From: Takakia lepidozioides
Lineage: Eukaryota > Plantae > Bryophyta
NCBI GenBank assembly: GCA_030704615.1
Contig: CM060731.1
Coordinates: 93,558,001 to 93,622,000 of the forward strand
DNA: 64,000 nucleotides
Direction: 5' to 3'
The position numbers and the translations under genes were made by a program. The first letter of the stretch is position 1. The number at the start of each line of letters is the position of its first letter. Shown piece after piece: positions 38,501 through 51,243 of the stretch. A model generated the notes under the pieces. The model was not told the origin of the DNA. It made no database searches and saw nothing but the letters and a program-made list of their open reading frames with translations.

Positions 38501-40665
38501 TTGCTGCAAGCCGAGCCACAAAATAAGAATGTTTCTCACAAACAATGTCATATACCAAAGCACTTTAAGTAATAAACGGTGTTTACCTGAAACCACCATG
38601 TCATCTTGTCCAACCACAAGCCGAACACCACATCTATTGGAGCCTGGGAAATTTAACATCTTTCCTAGTCCCAAGGTCGGAATTCCAAATCTTCAACCAC
38701 GCCACCTTCTCCGCAGTTGTAACCTCACTTGTTGCCAACATCTGCAACTTCTCTAATGTCATTTCGGGCTTTTGGTTGACGGCCAATTTCTTATAGTGCG
38801 CGGTTATCTCCAGCAGAAACTCATCACCCAAAGCTGGGTCACAGATAGATGAGTACTTGGCTATTTTGGTGTACCACTTCGTCCTGTGCACTTGAAAATC
38901 ACTCAATGGCCTTCCTAATGAATTCTGTTTTTTCGGCCATGGCGGGCAAGTGCACATGGGCTTCCAAGCACGCATTTCTGATTCTGCGGAATCCCTCTTG
39001 ACCCATGTACTCTATGAGAGCATCTCGCAGTATCGTCATCTAGTTCCCATCCCGCTTGTTCAAGCACTTCTCATAAACGTCTGGTGGAAGTGTTGATTCG
39101 TACTGCTCAACTGATGTGGTTACGCATTTTTGGAACTAGAATAGCTTGTGAGGAAGCTCTGATGACACGTTTCCACGATCTGTTACGCTGCACAACGCAC
39201 ACCAAAACGCAACTTAGTCGGCAACGACTATGACAGGAAAACACCTAATTCTAGATAGTCGGCTCCGACCACAACCATGCATCCCAACAGAAAATTGGCT
39301 ATAGCACCTACATCCCTCCAAACTGGTATAGTCGGGAATGACTATACCAGTTGAAGTGAACATGGCCTTCATAAATTGAACAAAATAGTTCCGGCGGGTA
39401 AAATTGCAATAGAGGGAACTCCAAATCCTCTGCAGTGAGTCATAGTCGGTCCCGACTATACGAGATCCTCGTTCAGGGGCAATGTGTTGTCCTGAAATTG
39501 AAAAACTTGTAGGTGAGGAAGGGGGTCTGGCTTTGAGACATGACGAAGAGGTCACTAACATATGCGAGGCCCCGAAATTGTAGTACTGCAAAAATAGTCA
39601 CTTTCTCACTCATGCGATGTAGAAGTTCCCTCCCGTCGGCAGGGAAGCTGTTATAGTCGGGAAGGGTGAAGCATACGTATGCAGATGTAACGTACACGGT
39701 CACCGATGCTCACCAGGAAAAGACAACCTAGCACATGTGAGCACAAATGCACATAAATACTTACACATTCATTCTGTTCATTGCACGTCATATGAGGCCG
39801 AGATCGGAACTCCTCACATCCAATATTTTGGCGTTCACACGGTAGTGCCAGCTTGCATCGTCAGCGTGCTGCTCAGAAATGACCTCCATCCATGCGTACC
39901 ACCTGTGATTGCCGTCGTAAATGTGTGCCATTTGTTCGAAAGGAACTCCCACTCTGTGTTCCTTATGTCCTCCTCAAATGCTGCATCCGCTGCTTGCCAC
40001 TGTGAAGACCAATTTTCTCGGTCTGCGGGTTCTATGTCCTGATATTGCCCACTGTCGTCATTTATGGAAAGCAGCATTGAAGCCAGGGCGTCGTTGTGCC
40101 TATCTGCCTCAAAGAATAGCTTGAGCTTGTTGATGCTGGGTCGCTCTGCCATTCGCACTGCCGGGAGGGGCTTCATCCTGCACAATGGGATTCGTGGAGG
40201 AGCCCCATTCTTGAGCAAATGCGCAATCGAGCTCATAATGTGGTTCATCGCACTTGTCGTCAATGACAAAAGAGCTTGTTTGCGTATGTTTGCAGTGAAG
40301 ACAACGTCTGCCACTACATTCTCATTGGTGGGATTCGACTTACCACCTGCCTGGGCGCTTGTGGTTGGACCTGGCAAGGCCCCGGTTGCTGAAATGGGGG
40401 AAATAGGAACGCGTGGCGTTGCACCTGCCGAGGCGCCGCTTGCAGATATGGGGGATACAGGCAAGGGATCCCTGGACGTCGTGGCGGCTGTGGACACCAT
40501 CCCTGCCTCCTGTGATGCCACGGTTTTTTTTCGAAGTTTCCCAGCCTTCTTTGGAGGTCTGCTCTCCGTGCTCTGTTGCGAGACAACGGTGCGAGTGCGC
40601 AACACCTTGCTGCGAGTTGCCGTTCCCAGCACGAAGTCATCCTCCTCATCCTGAACGTGCTCCAT
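35506..40665 (-). pseudogene. ParB/Srx-like domain plus beta-class amino-DNA-methyltransferase-like fusion gene, copy 2 (multi-exon, disrupted)
   Basis: N-terminal PPRIPLCRMKPLPAVR...IYDGNHRWYAW (about 39880-40200); GVDLVPVDLPDG...SWN (about 37290-37380); KKWTCLNRIPL; intron 36583-37136; REKSPRFMQTFMELCSPEGGAVVDLTSGCGASMVAASVCERHLLAMEGNE (36250-36410); acidic tail. Several stops and frameshifts. Confidence 0.75.
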
Positions 40666-41470
40666 GATAAGCAGGATACGCAGCTCGGTAGTGCAAAATG
40701 AAGGCGGAAGGTCGGGAACAATAGAAGGGGAGTGTGATCGCCGGACAATGTGGAGTAAACGAAAAGGGCAGAGCAATCCTCCGTGGCCCTCAACGGATGC
40801 CTTCAAAACAACACCCGTGCTTCAACGACACGTGCCCTCCCCCATGATGCTTTCGCTGCTCCGTGCCACGCCATCGTCATTCGCTTCAAGTTTAAATTTT
40901 GACTACGAATGGATGCTACCATCCCAAGAATTGTCATCCATTCCTCATCCCATATTATTTCTTATCCCTGCTTGCACGAGTGAAAAACATAATTTTAATA
41001 TTTATATTTTGTATGTATAGGCTATAATGGGCGCCCATAGTACTGAGCAATACCACCTTACCATTTGCAAAACATTGCCTTTCTTAAACGTCCATAAAGC
41101 AAACTCGCCCCATTGGAATGGTTCATTTATGTAGAAGGACATAATCGGCGCTGACTCTGGAGTACATGACACCCAAATCCGAAGGTGTGGGGCAGATGCT
41201 TGCCTTACCAAATGTCCACCAACTGGCTGAACACAAAATAGTGCAATAGTTTGTTGTACTGTAATAGCAAATCAAAAAGTGGTCGACGCGACACTACATA
41301 CAGTACTAACATTTATATACTTTACACACCCCCACTCCCAATCTGAAATGATATTACGAGTTATGAGGGCACAATGGGGTTTTTATTGATCCACATGAAT
41401 TCCATTTGAAGCACGTCTACTGTACTGACGGTGCATGCAAATGTAAATCCTTATGCCTTCTGAATACAAG

Positions 41471-41845
41471 TCAGGAAGTCAACGGAACTTCGACTGGTAT
41501 GAAAACTAGCTCATGAGTCATCGGGCTCCTCCAGGTAAACAGGATTGAAGCCGTTGTACCGCCCCTATTGAAGTTCACCACAATGTCGTGCCCTTCAATC
41601 AACCCACCATCGAATATGGATAGTTTCACTGTTTCTTCCTCCAAACCAATGCGAATGTCCCCATACGCGGGAGAAGAGGACCACACTTGTTCAGGAGTAT
41701 ATGTCTCCCCAATGGAGTCCTCCCAGGTCCAGTGGCAGCAGTTCCACCACCATAGCATAGCAGTGCGTATTCTGTCCGACTGCCCGCCGTAGCTAGGAAA
41801 ATCGGAATCAAGGATGTGGAGGACCACGGACTTGACAAGCCGCAA
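41471..41845 (-). CDS. Unknown ORF, probably cut by the left TIR of the large element
   Basis: 124-aa protein-like ORF whose 5' end abuts 41860; no recognisable domain. Confidence 0.3.
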   Translation of the reverse strand: MRLVKSVVLHILDSDFPSYGGQSDRIRTAMLWWWNCCHWTWEDSIGETYTPEQVWSSSPAYGDIRIGLEEETVKLSIFDGGLIEGHDIVVNFNRGGTTASILFTWRSPMTHELVFIPVEVPLTS

Positions 41846-41859
41846 TCGTCACCCCGCTC

Positions 41860-43203
41860 CCCGGTTATCAACGTCACGTCCGTCAATCAGTGTCAGGTCA
41901 CGTCAGACCTGACGCTGACGGGACCTCTGTCACGTCAGGTTCGGGGAATATTCTGGTAAAAATAATACCAGATAAAATACTGCCACTTAAGCAGCCACGT
42001 CGCCGACACAGTGGCCGTGGCAAATACATTTTGAAAATTAACAAAATAAACACGACCGCCAATTCGTTTTATTTTTCGAAATTAAAAAAGAAATAGCGAC
42101 CGCCGTATTGGCGGTCGCTTCAATTTTTATTTTTTTTAAAGCAAGATTGGCGGTCGCCTTATTTTTTGAAATAGAAAAAGAAATAGCGACCGCCGTATTG
42201 GCGGTCGCTTCAAATGTTTTTTTTTTAAAGCAAGATTGGCGGTCGCACTGGCGGTCGCCTTATTTTTCGAATTCAAAAAACAAATAACGAGCGCTATGCT
42301 GGCGGCCGCTTCAATTTATTGTTTTAAAAAAACAAGATTGGCGGTCGTATTGGCGATCGCCTAATTTAAAAAAGAAAACAAGCGACTGCCGTATTGGCGG
42401 TCCCACGGTGGCAAATACATTTTTGAAAATTAACAAAATGAACGCGACCGCCAATTATGGCGGTCACTTTGTTTTTCGAAATTAAAAAATAAATAGCGAC
42501 TGCCGTATTGACGGTCGCTTCAATTTTATTTTATTTTAAAGCAAGATTGGCGGTCGCACTGGCGGTCGCCTTATTTTTTGAAATAGAAAAAGAAATAGCG
42601 ACTGCCATATTGGCGGTCGCTTCAAATGTTTTTTTTTTTTAAAGCAAGACTGGCAGTCGCACTAGCGGTCGCCTTATTTTTTGAATTTAAAAAATAAATA
42701 GCGACCGCTATGCTGGCGGTCGCTTCAATTTATTGTCTTAAAAAACAAGATTGGCGGTCGCCTAATTTAAAAAAGAAAACAAGCAACTGCCGTATTGGCA
42801 GTCGCACGGTGGCAAATACATTTTTGAAAATTAACAAAATGAACGCGATCGCCAATTATGGCGGTCGCTTTGTTTTTCGAAATTAAAAAAGAAATAGCGA
42901 CCGCCATATTGGCGGTTGCTTCAATTGTTTTTTTTTAAAGCAAGATTGGCGGTCGCACCGGCGGTCGTTTTATTTTTTGAATTAAAAAAAGAAATAGCGA
43001 CCGCTATCTTGGCGGTCGCTTAAATTTAAAAATATGCAAAATAGAAGTGACCGCAATATTGCACAAAATAAAAGGAAATAAAAGCGACCGCAGTAGTGGC
43101 GGTCGTTTGTTTTTAATAAAATATAAAAATACGGACCGTAGTATTAGCGGTCGTTTAATTTCAAAATTACAACAAATATGGTTGTACTGCTTTTTTTGGG
43201 TGG
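41860..43203 (+). repeat. Left long TIR with GCGACCGCC-N4-6-GGCGGTCGC palindrome array
   Basis: Direct reading; inverted match to 57588-58684. Confidence 0.85.
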
Positions 43204-43670
43204 GCACTATTGCTCTTCACTTCTTTTGGCGCAAACACTTGAGGTTGCTTTGGATGTTCTCTTCCATTGAACGAGAGTGTAGCCCAAGAGAAGGGTACGC
43301 ACATTTTGCCGTAATGGCTTCCACCAAAGCCACTTCAGCAGATTGTGTATAAGCTCAACACTACAACCCACATCGACCCACTTGGGTTGCTGACAGGTGT
43401 AGAAGTGTTGGGCTATCGCATTGCATTCTACATTCACAACACGTTCATTTATAGGTGACTGTTTTTTGTTGCTTGCATCGCTAGGTCCCAGGGGAATGGA
43501 TATTGGGTGAAGATGAGGGAGGAATGGAGCCCTTGGTATACGGCAATACTGCTCCAATCAATAGAGAACTCGCACCATCAGTTGTGCTCCAACAGCAGTA
43601 TCGGTCCCCGAGTAAATAAACTTCCGTTGTAAATAGATACTTACGATAAGAAAGCTTTAATCCACATAGG

Positions 43671-46594
43671 TTGCACTCAACACTACCAATGGCACTGACA
43701 GTGTTCGAGCTCGCTCACCTCGGCTATAAAGGTGTGAAGTGCGTTGGGGTGGGTTTATGCCCCAAAGCATCTATTCGGGTAAAAAGCCACTTTGCCCAGT
43801 GTGGAGGCAATATTCCAATGTCTTTGGATCTGGACATGACCTCTGAGCAGAACACTCTATCTTCCCGTCAGGATGCCCCGATTAGTACCCAGGGCGACTC
43901 TTGTGAGGCTTCGGGTGTCATTAGACAAGTGGGTTGTGCCGGAGCAACACCTGCTTCAACACCGCTTTGTACCCCTACACTTCAACGGAGTAGAGGATTA
44001 CGGCAGCAATCCATGCAAGAAGGTCTTAACTTGTCTGCGAAAAGACAGTGGGATAAAAAATGGGCGCAGTTTTTCTTCGAGGCCAACATACCATTTAATG
44101 TGGCAAAGTTTCCGGCATTTGTTTCTGCTGTTAGAGCAAGCTCGGAGTCCAGATCCACATACGTGCCTCCGACTTATCACAATCTCCGCACAAGATTGCT
44201 AGAAGACGCCATGACCGAGCTTACCCAAAAGGTCAACGATAGGATGGACGAGTGTATCAGAAAATATGGAAGCACTATATGTGCCGATGGTTGGAGTTCT
44301 ATCACAAACAAACCGTTGTTCAATGTCATGCTCGTATGTCCAGTTGGAGAACAATTCTTGGGATCAGTCGACACTAGCGGCGAGAAAAAAGATGGACGTC
44401 ATCAATGCCAACTATTGACGGACTTCATCGAACAGGTCGGAAGTGATAGAATCGTGCAAATATGCACAGACAATGCCGCTAACATGATAAACACTTCAGA
44501 CATGTTGTTGGCACATAATCCCCATATGTACTATCAAGGTTATGCTGCTCATATCCTTGACCTCCTTTCGGAAGATTGGGGAAAAGAACAGTGGGTGAAA
44601 CAACTTGTCAAGCGAGCGAAGACTGTTGTGTCGTTCATCCGCACACACCACATCCCTTTGGCAATATATAGGAGGCACGAACCCAAATACAGCCTCCGCA
44701 ATCCAGGCGAAACTCGTTTTGCCACTAACTTCTTAATGGTGGATCGGTTGGTGACGGTGAAGAGCAGTCTGGAGTACACCATCATCGATCCTCAATGGGA
44801 TGCGTACACACATTGCGAAACTTCAGAAAAGCCAAGCCATTGGGCAAAAGTCAAAAAGTTCGAAATAACATTCGTAGCGATGATTTCTGGAAGAAATGTG
44901 AAAACTTTGTTTATATGGTTGAGCCGGTGTTAATCGTTTTGCGGGAGTTTGATGGAAAGCAGCCAGTAATGGGCAAGGCATGGTTACTAATGCAAAATCT
45001 TGAGAAGCACGTCCAATCCTCGAGGCATCCTCCCTTCTCCTTGGAACCTAAACTTGCGGACAGTGCTGAGGATGCATTTTACGACCGTCGTTCGATGGTT
45101 CGAACGGACTTGCATTATGCGGGGGCTTTTCTCATTCCATTCTTGCTCGACAATACCATGCTCCGAGACGACGCTGATGCCAAGGCCGGCCTCATGCGAG
45201 TGCTCATGCGACTGGCTCCGCCGAACTATGCAGAGAAAGCTATATCCGAGTGCCAATGCTTCTCAGATCGCCGTGACCATTTTGAGGACATGTCGGATCC
45301 AAAAGAGCTCAATACGCTGCCACATGAATGGTGGGATCTGATTGGAGCTGGAGCAAGAACATTGGCTTCCATTGCGAAGCGTATTCTTGCTCAAGTGTGC
45401 TCTGCCTCATCTTGCAAACGCAATTGGAGCAGTTACTCATTTGTTCACAACAAGATTCGCAACAGGTTGAATCCCGCAAGGGCTGACAAATTGGTGTATG
45501 TGTGTACCAATTGCCGACTGCTACGTGAGAGGGCAAGGGATGATGCTGCAGCATGGTATGAGAGAAATTTGCACTCCGAAGACTCTGCTTCTAAGGCTGA
45601 TTCAATGAGTGACGATACTGAGCCTCAGAGAGAATCATCTCAGAAGGAATCATCTGCCTCCGATAGTGAAGATGGATCCGATGATGCTCCCAAAAATGCG
45701 TATGACCCGTTTACATTCACAGAGCAGGATGCTTATATCCAGCCGACCTTTGATGACATTCTTGAAGAAGTGCGTATCGCAGATGAAGGTGAAGCTGCAA
45801 TTGTACTATCCCCAGAATATGGTATTCAAAATGAAGTTGGGGTCGACCCTCGCCCTCCACTACACGCTGAAGCCACCGATAGTGCCCCAATGGAGCTTAG
45901 GGGTGATGTACTGCCAGGACCGATCGACATACGCAACCCTGTTCATACAAACGATGGTGTCGAACCCATTGTACAGTCGACGGGACCGGATCATGCCTCA
46001 CCGATACGACCAGCTCCACCACAATGTCAAAACCGATCTAGCTCCTCATCAACACAGCGGACATTAAGGAGCAACAAGGTTGATCTGTTTTCCACACACA
46101 TGCATCATTCTGCTGCATTGGACCGGGCGGAAGTTGAAGCCTCGGATGATGACAACCTGCCACTACAATTCCACCTTAACCGACGTATTGTGCAGCAGAC
46201 CCGTGGTTCCTCACATGCCGGACCATCTAATGCCGGTCCATCTCGGACAGTCCCCCCTCCGGTACCTCCTTCGACACCACCTTCGATTGCGTCCCAAGTC
46301 CATAAACGACAGAGAACAGTCCAACTTTTTGTAGGTGATCGGCCCACAAACAGACCAGATACCGTGGATGGTATTCAAGATCAGAGCGGGAGTCGACCTC
46401 AAAGAGAACTAAATGTGGTTCGAGGTCGCTTACAGATTCAAAGGCCTGGACATATGAGGTCGGATAGGGAGGACGATTCCAGCACTGATCATGGCAACGG
46501 TGGTGAAATCGATGGTGACCCGGATTTTCAACCCATCGGAGCATTAAGATTAGGATCTTCTTCGTCCCGCCGTCGAAGCAGTAGAAGGAATTGA
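43671..46594 (+). pseudogene. hAT transposase (DUF659 plus hATC dimerisation domain), disabled
   Basis: TICADGWS, IVQICTDNAANM, AAHILDL, PGETRFATNF, WWDLIG, VCSASSCKRNWS, KIRNRL. Frameshift near 44800-44830; catalytic SCERNWS reads SCKRNWS. Confidence 0.93.
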
Positions 46595-46859
46595 AGCAAA
46601 ACAGCTGTAAGCATGCATCAGCACTTTTTAGTGTACATGTTTATATTTCTGTACTGAAGTAATACCAATGTGATCATTGTCACTATGAGTATTTGTATTG
46701 CTGTTGTGTATGTGTTGGAAAATAAAAGATGTTGCCCATGTGTATATCAGCCAAAATGTCGGCCAAAGACACCGTCACTTGCTCATGTTTGTGTTCGGTG
46801 ATTTGCTTGTGGAATGGAGAACAATTGTGCCATGCTTCTAACTGTGCATTCATTTTTAT

Positions 46860-48535
46860 TTAAATGGAGCGACCGCCAAGGTGGCGGTCGCTTCTACAAA
46901 GTGTGACCTGCGCATGGAGCGAGAAGTGAGGCGGGGGGAAGAGGGGCATATAAGCTCCGGGACATTCTCCCCTCACTTTGCTTAAAGTTTTTTTTTGCTT
47001 TTATAAATGCAGCGACCGCCATTACTAGCGGTCGTTTTTTTTCTTTTTTTTGGCGAAATGGAGCGACCGCCATTTGTGGCAATCGTTTTTTTCTGTTTTT
47101 AAATGGAACGACCGCCATGGTGGCGGTCGCTTCTACGAGGACTGCATTGCGCGTGGAGCGACTTTGGGGGGGGGGGCATATAAGCCCCTAGTCATTCTCC
47201 CCTCACTTCCATTACTGGCAGTTTTTGTTTTTACAAAATGCAGCGACCGCCATTTTTGGCGGTCGCTGTGATGGTTATTTTTTAAGATGCAGCGACCGCC
47301 ATTACTGGCGGTCGCTTTTATTTTAATTATTTTGGAAATGAAGCGACCACCTATGTTGGCGGTCGCTTATTTATTTTAAATGTTTTGAAAATGAAGCGAC
47401 CGCCTATGCTTGCGGTCACTTATATATTTTAAATGTTTTGAAAATGAAGCGACCGCCGATGATGGCGGTCGTTTATTTATTTTAAATGTTTTGAAAATGA
47501 AGCGACCGCCTATACTAGCGGTCGCTTATTTTTTATTATTATTTTTTAAATGAAGCGACCACCTATGTTGGCGGTCGCTTATATATTTTAAATGTTTTGA
47601 AAACGAAGCGACCGCCGATGCTAGCGGTCGCTTATTTTTTTATTTTATTTTTAAATGAAGCGACCGCCTATGTTGGCAGTCGCTTATTTTTTTTAATGTT
47701 TTTGAAAATGAAGTGACCACCTACGCTGGCGGTCGATTATTTATTTTAAATGTTTAGAAAATGAAGCGACCGCCTATGCTGGCGGTCGCTTATTTATTTT
47801 AAATGTTTCAAAATGAAGTGACCACCTATGCTGGCGGTCGCTTATTTTTTTTTATTTAAAAAAAAAATGAAGCGACCGCCTATGTTAGCGGTCGCTTTTT
47901 TATTTTAAAGTTTTTGAAAATGAAGCAACCGCCTATGTTGGCGGTCGCTTATTTATTTTAAATGTTTTGAAAATGAAGCAACCGCCTATGCTAGCGGTCG
48001 CTTTTATTTTAATTTTTTGAAAATGAAGCGACCGCCCATGTTGGCGATCGCTTATTTTTTTTAAAGTTTTTAAAAATGAAGCGACCGCTGATGTTGGCGG
48101 TCGCTTATATATTTTAAATTATTTGAAAATGAAGCGACCGCCTATACTGGCGGTCGTTTTTTTTTTAAATTTTTTTTTAAAGGATGCGACTGCCTATGTT
48201 GGCGGTCGCTTATTTATTCTAAATGTTTTGAAAATGAAGCGACCGCCTATGCTGGCAGTCGCCTATTTATTTTATTTTATTTTAAATAAAGCGACCACCT
48301 ATATTGGCGGTCGCTTTTTTATTTTATTTTATTTTCAATGAAGCGACCGCCTATGTTGGCGGTCGTTTTTTTTTTAAATTTCCGGAAAATGGAGCGACCG
48401 CGTGTTTTCTTTTTTTCTTCTTTTTTTCGCAGATTTTTTTTATTTATCCGGAAAATCAAGCGACCACCAGTTCTGGCGGTCGTTTATTTTTTTATTTTCC
48501 GAAAAATCGAGCGACCGCCAAGTTGGCGGTCACTT
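46860..48535. repeat. Internal tandem array (about 58-bp units) AAATGAAGCGACCGCCTATGYTGGCGGTCGCTTATT
   Basis: More than 20 palindromic units separated by AT-rich linkers. Confidence 0.9.
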
Positions 48536-48544
48536 TTAGAAGAT

Positions 48545-48622
48545 TCGCCCTGCACGTGGCCCGAGAAATGAGGGCGGCGGGGGATATAAGCCAAGGGAAG
48601 CTTATTCTCCCCTCACTTCCTC
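48545..48622 (+). promoter_or_regulatory. Putative core promoter module (G-box CACGTG, TATAAG, pyrimidine-rich initiator ATTCTCCCCTCACTT); related copies at 46900-46980 and 47140-47210
   Basis: Three near-identical modules; this one lies about 300 bp upstream of the 48904 ATG. Confidence 0.5.
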
Positions 48623-48903
48623 TCCACACAATTTCTGTGTGCGTAGCATTTCATTATTCCACGACACGTAGTCACGTGGAGAAGGAGGCCATTGGTTGGG
48701 TAGGGGGTATTTTTTGCCGCGATTTCTGTGAGGTCGTTGTAGAATGCTCCCATAGGCCCTCCTCTGGCTTCCAGGATCATTTTATTCTACAAAATTAGCT
48801 TTTATGAAGTATTGACACATAATCAAACCTACTTAACGGGGGAAGGGTTTAGAGTTACGTCTTTTTAGAAAACCTCGTTTAGTGTTGCTCCGATTGTTGC
48901 AGA

Positions 48904-51243
48904 ATGGCAGAGGGCCAGGACGATGACCGTCATGGAAGATATGACCCCAATGAACATGGACCACCCCTTAAGAAAATCAAAGGGTCAAGGCAAGACTTCA
49001 ATTGGGAAGTATTTGGTGACCCTAACATACTAGCAGAAGAGGGCTGGGAGGATGTTCCGGAAGAGTTCCGGTGGCCGATGGCGAGATGGTAAAAAATCGT
49101 GAAATGGTACCACATCAATCGATTGTGGCCTTTGGATAGGCATGACGTGCAAACCCGAAACAATTACGCAGAGTCCAGGTCTTGCACGAACTTGCATTTC
49201 CAGCATAGAGCGAATGAGGTGCATTGTACATTGTGGGGTCAACCTCTTTTAAAGGGTCAAATCTCGTACACCTTGGTAGCCATATTGTACGTGGAGGTCA
49301 TACTCTTGCGTCCAGTGAATTGACAAACTGCTAGTAGGAGGAACGCAAGGTTGCTATACGATTTGGAGTACATCCCGGACACGTTCGGAATACAACCGGC
49401 TGCAACATTAGAGGAACAACTGGTGGAAAGAGACCAGCGAATCAGGACCTTGTAGAACCGACTAGACTGACAAACACTGCGCATAGCCGAGTTGGAAGCT
49501 ACATTGCAAGACATGCCTCCAAACAATGAAGGCACTGTTGTCCACAATGAGGATCGAACAAATGTCGTGGACATGGATGCGGAGTTTGCGATGCCCGATC
49601 GCAGTATTGACCTCATCATTCAGGAAGTTACGGACGTCCTTGACCCTGTGGCCGATGAAACCATGGTTGAGGAACAACGAATTGCGGATGAGAGAAGGAG
49701 GAAAGGAAAAGAACAAGTACTGGAAACCGGGGAATGCTCGAGGGTCGCCATTCAATCGGAGATGAACCCGATATTAGATGTCGACCGCGTTACAAAGGAG
49801 CGGGACATTGCCATAGCAACTGCATGGCGCTTGTCCAAAACGCTGGAGATTCAGGCATGGGTCCCATTGAATGACGATTGGGAGAATTGGGTACAATGGG
49901 CGACCCATTTGGCCTCCAGAGAAGCACGGGTAGAGCGGGCACTGTCAGGCTTGCAACATGTCGCACGCATGTCGAACCGTAGCGTGGATAGCATTTATGC
50001 CAACATGCAAAGGTATAACGATCTCCGCATCGCATCAAGCGTGTTCGTCGGGTATACCAATTGGGCAGATATGGGTTCTATGTTCGATCGATGTGAGCAC
50101 ATAATTTTGAGGTCGAACAGAAGCATAAACTGGGAATTGGAGATAGAGGAAGAGTGAGACACCACAAGAAGGATGACCAGCCACATCAATAAGGCCCAGA
50201 GGGAGGAGATACCACGAGGCGTTTTGCCGTCATGGATATCAAATGGCACAGTTTGTTCGATGTGTAGGAATCCATACGGCCCAGAGGGATGTCATGTGCT
50301 TGGATCATGTGGACATATGTTTCATCTCACATGTCTTATCCCGCAAGCCTTGCGGACGAGCGCTTGCCCAGAATGCCGTACACCAATCCATCGCCGTTTC
50401 TATGAGCTGGTGGGCTTGGAGGATCGGATGCCCATAGGTTTTGAATACAATCGACACAACCTCCCATTGGATGGGCTACCATACACATTTCTGAATTGTG
50501 TGCATTGGGGCAAGAACTTGGTATGGGATACAGACAGAGAGATGCATGGCATACATGCCGGAAACCCGGCATACATCAAAGATCCCCAGTATTTCTGGGT
50601 CACATCTGATTGGGAGATAACCATACGTGCGGGAGGTATTCGAGATTGGTGGGAGAGAGAGCAGTTTTGCTGCAATCTGGGAGGGCATTGGAGTCAAAGA
50701 AGGTCCAGGTTTATCCGGCTCCCACAGGTTCCATGGGTGCCGGAGGAGAACGAATTGTATGACCGACAACCGATTGGGAGACATTTGTTGCTGTCCGAAC
50801 TGGAAGACGCTATAATATGTCAATGCCGAATGAATGATGCGTACAAGGCGGTTTATTGTCGAAACGACACAATGATTAGGGACAGGGCCCGCGAGAGGCA
50901 GTTGGAAAGTTTCAAAAGTACCATCAAAGCAGTTGTAGAGAAATGGAGGTGATTATGGACAGACTGTTATCGTCGTGTTTTGGGGGCTGTATTGCCGGAT
51001 GTGGACGGTCTTGTTGCCGATTTGCATGCAGCCCGAGCACTTGTTCTCGATCCACCTCCGCCACGTCGTGAGAATGAAGAAGAAAGTCAACTTTCGCCGC
51101 GAAGTAGGCGGATGCAGGCCAGAATTGATCACATGTCATTGGGCCCCTCATTGACCACGAGATCACGGTCGCAAGCTCTGGCAATCGGCAGTGCAAATCA
51201 GGCCACAGCATCAAATTCCACATCCTCGGACAGTGACGACTAG
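48904..51243 (+). pseudogene. Single about 780-codon frame with coiled-coil and RING-H2 domain, broken by six in-frame stops
   Basis: ORFs starting 48904, 49099, 49492, 50173 and 50980 are all in one frame; stops at 49090, 49321, 49453, 49468, 50155, 50950. RING: CSMC...CGHMFHLTCL...CPECR. Confidence 0.75.

Noticed and set aside
35506-40665. Bacterial or phage contamination as the source of the ParB-MTase
   Set aside because: Spliceosomal introns with a position shared between two copies, and nesting among plant TEs, argue for genuine nuclear residence.
46860-48535. CRISPR-like appearance of regularly spaced palindromic repeats (also 61830-63402 and 3415-6800)
   Set aside because: Linkers are low-complexity or mutually homologous rather than unique spacers, no cas genes are present, and the context is eukaryotic.
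48904-51243. Prokaryote/virus-like operon of small genes, or stops repaired by U-to-C editing
   Set aside because: All pieces share one frame, best explained as one decayed gene; U-to-C editing is an organellar process and this is nuclear TE DNA.
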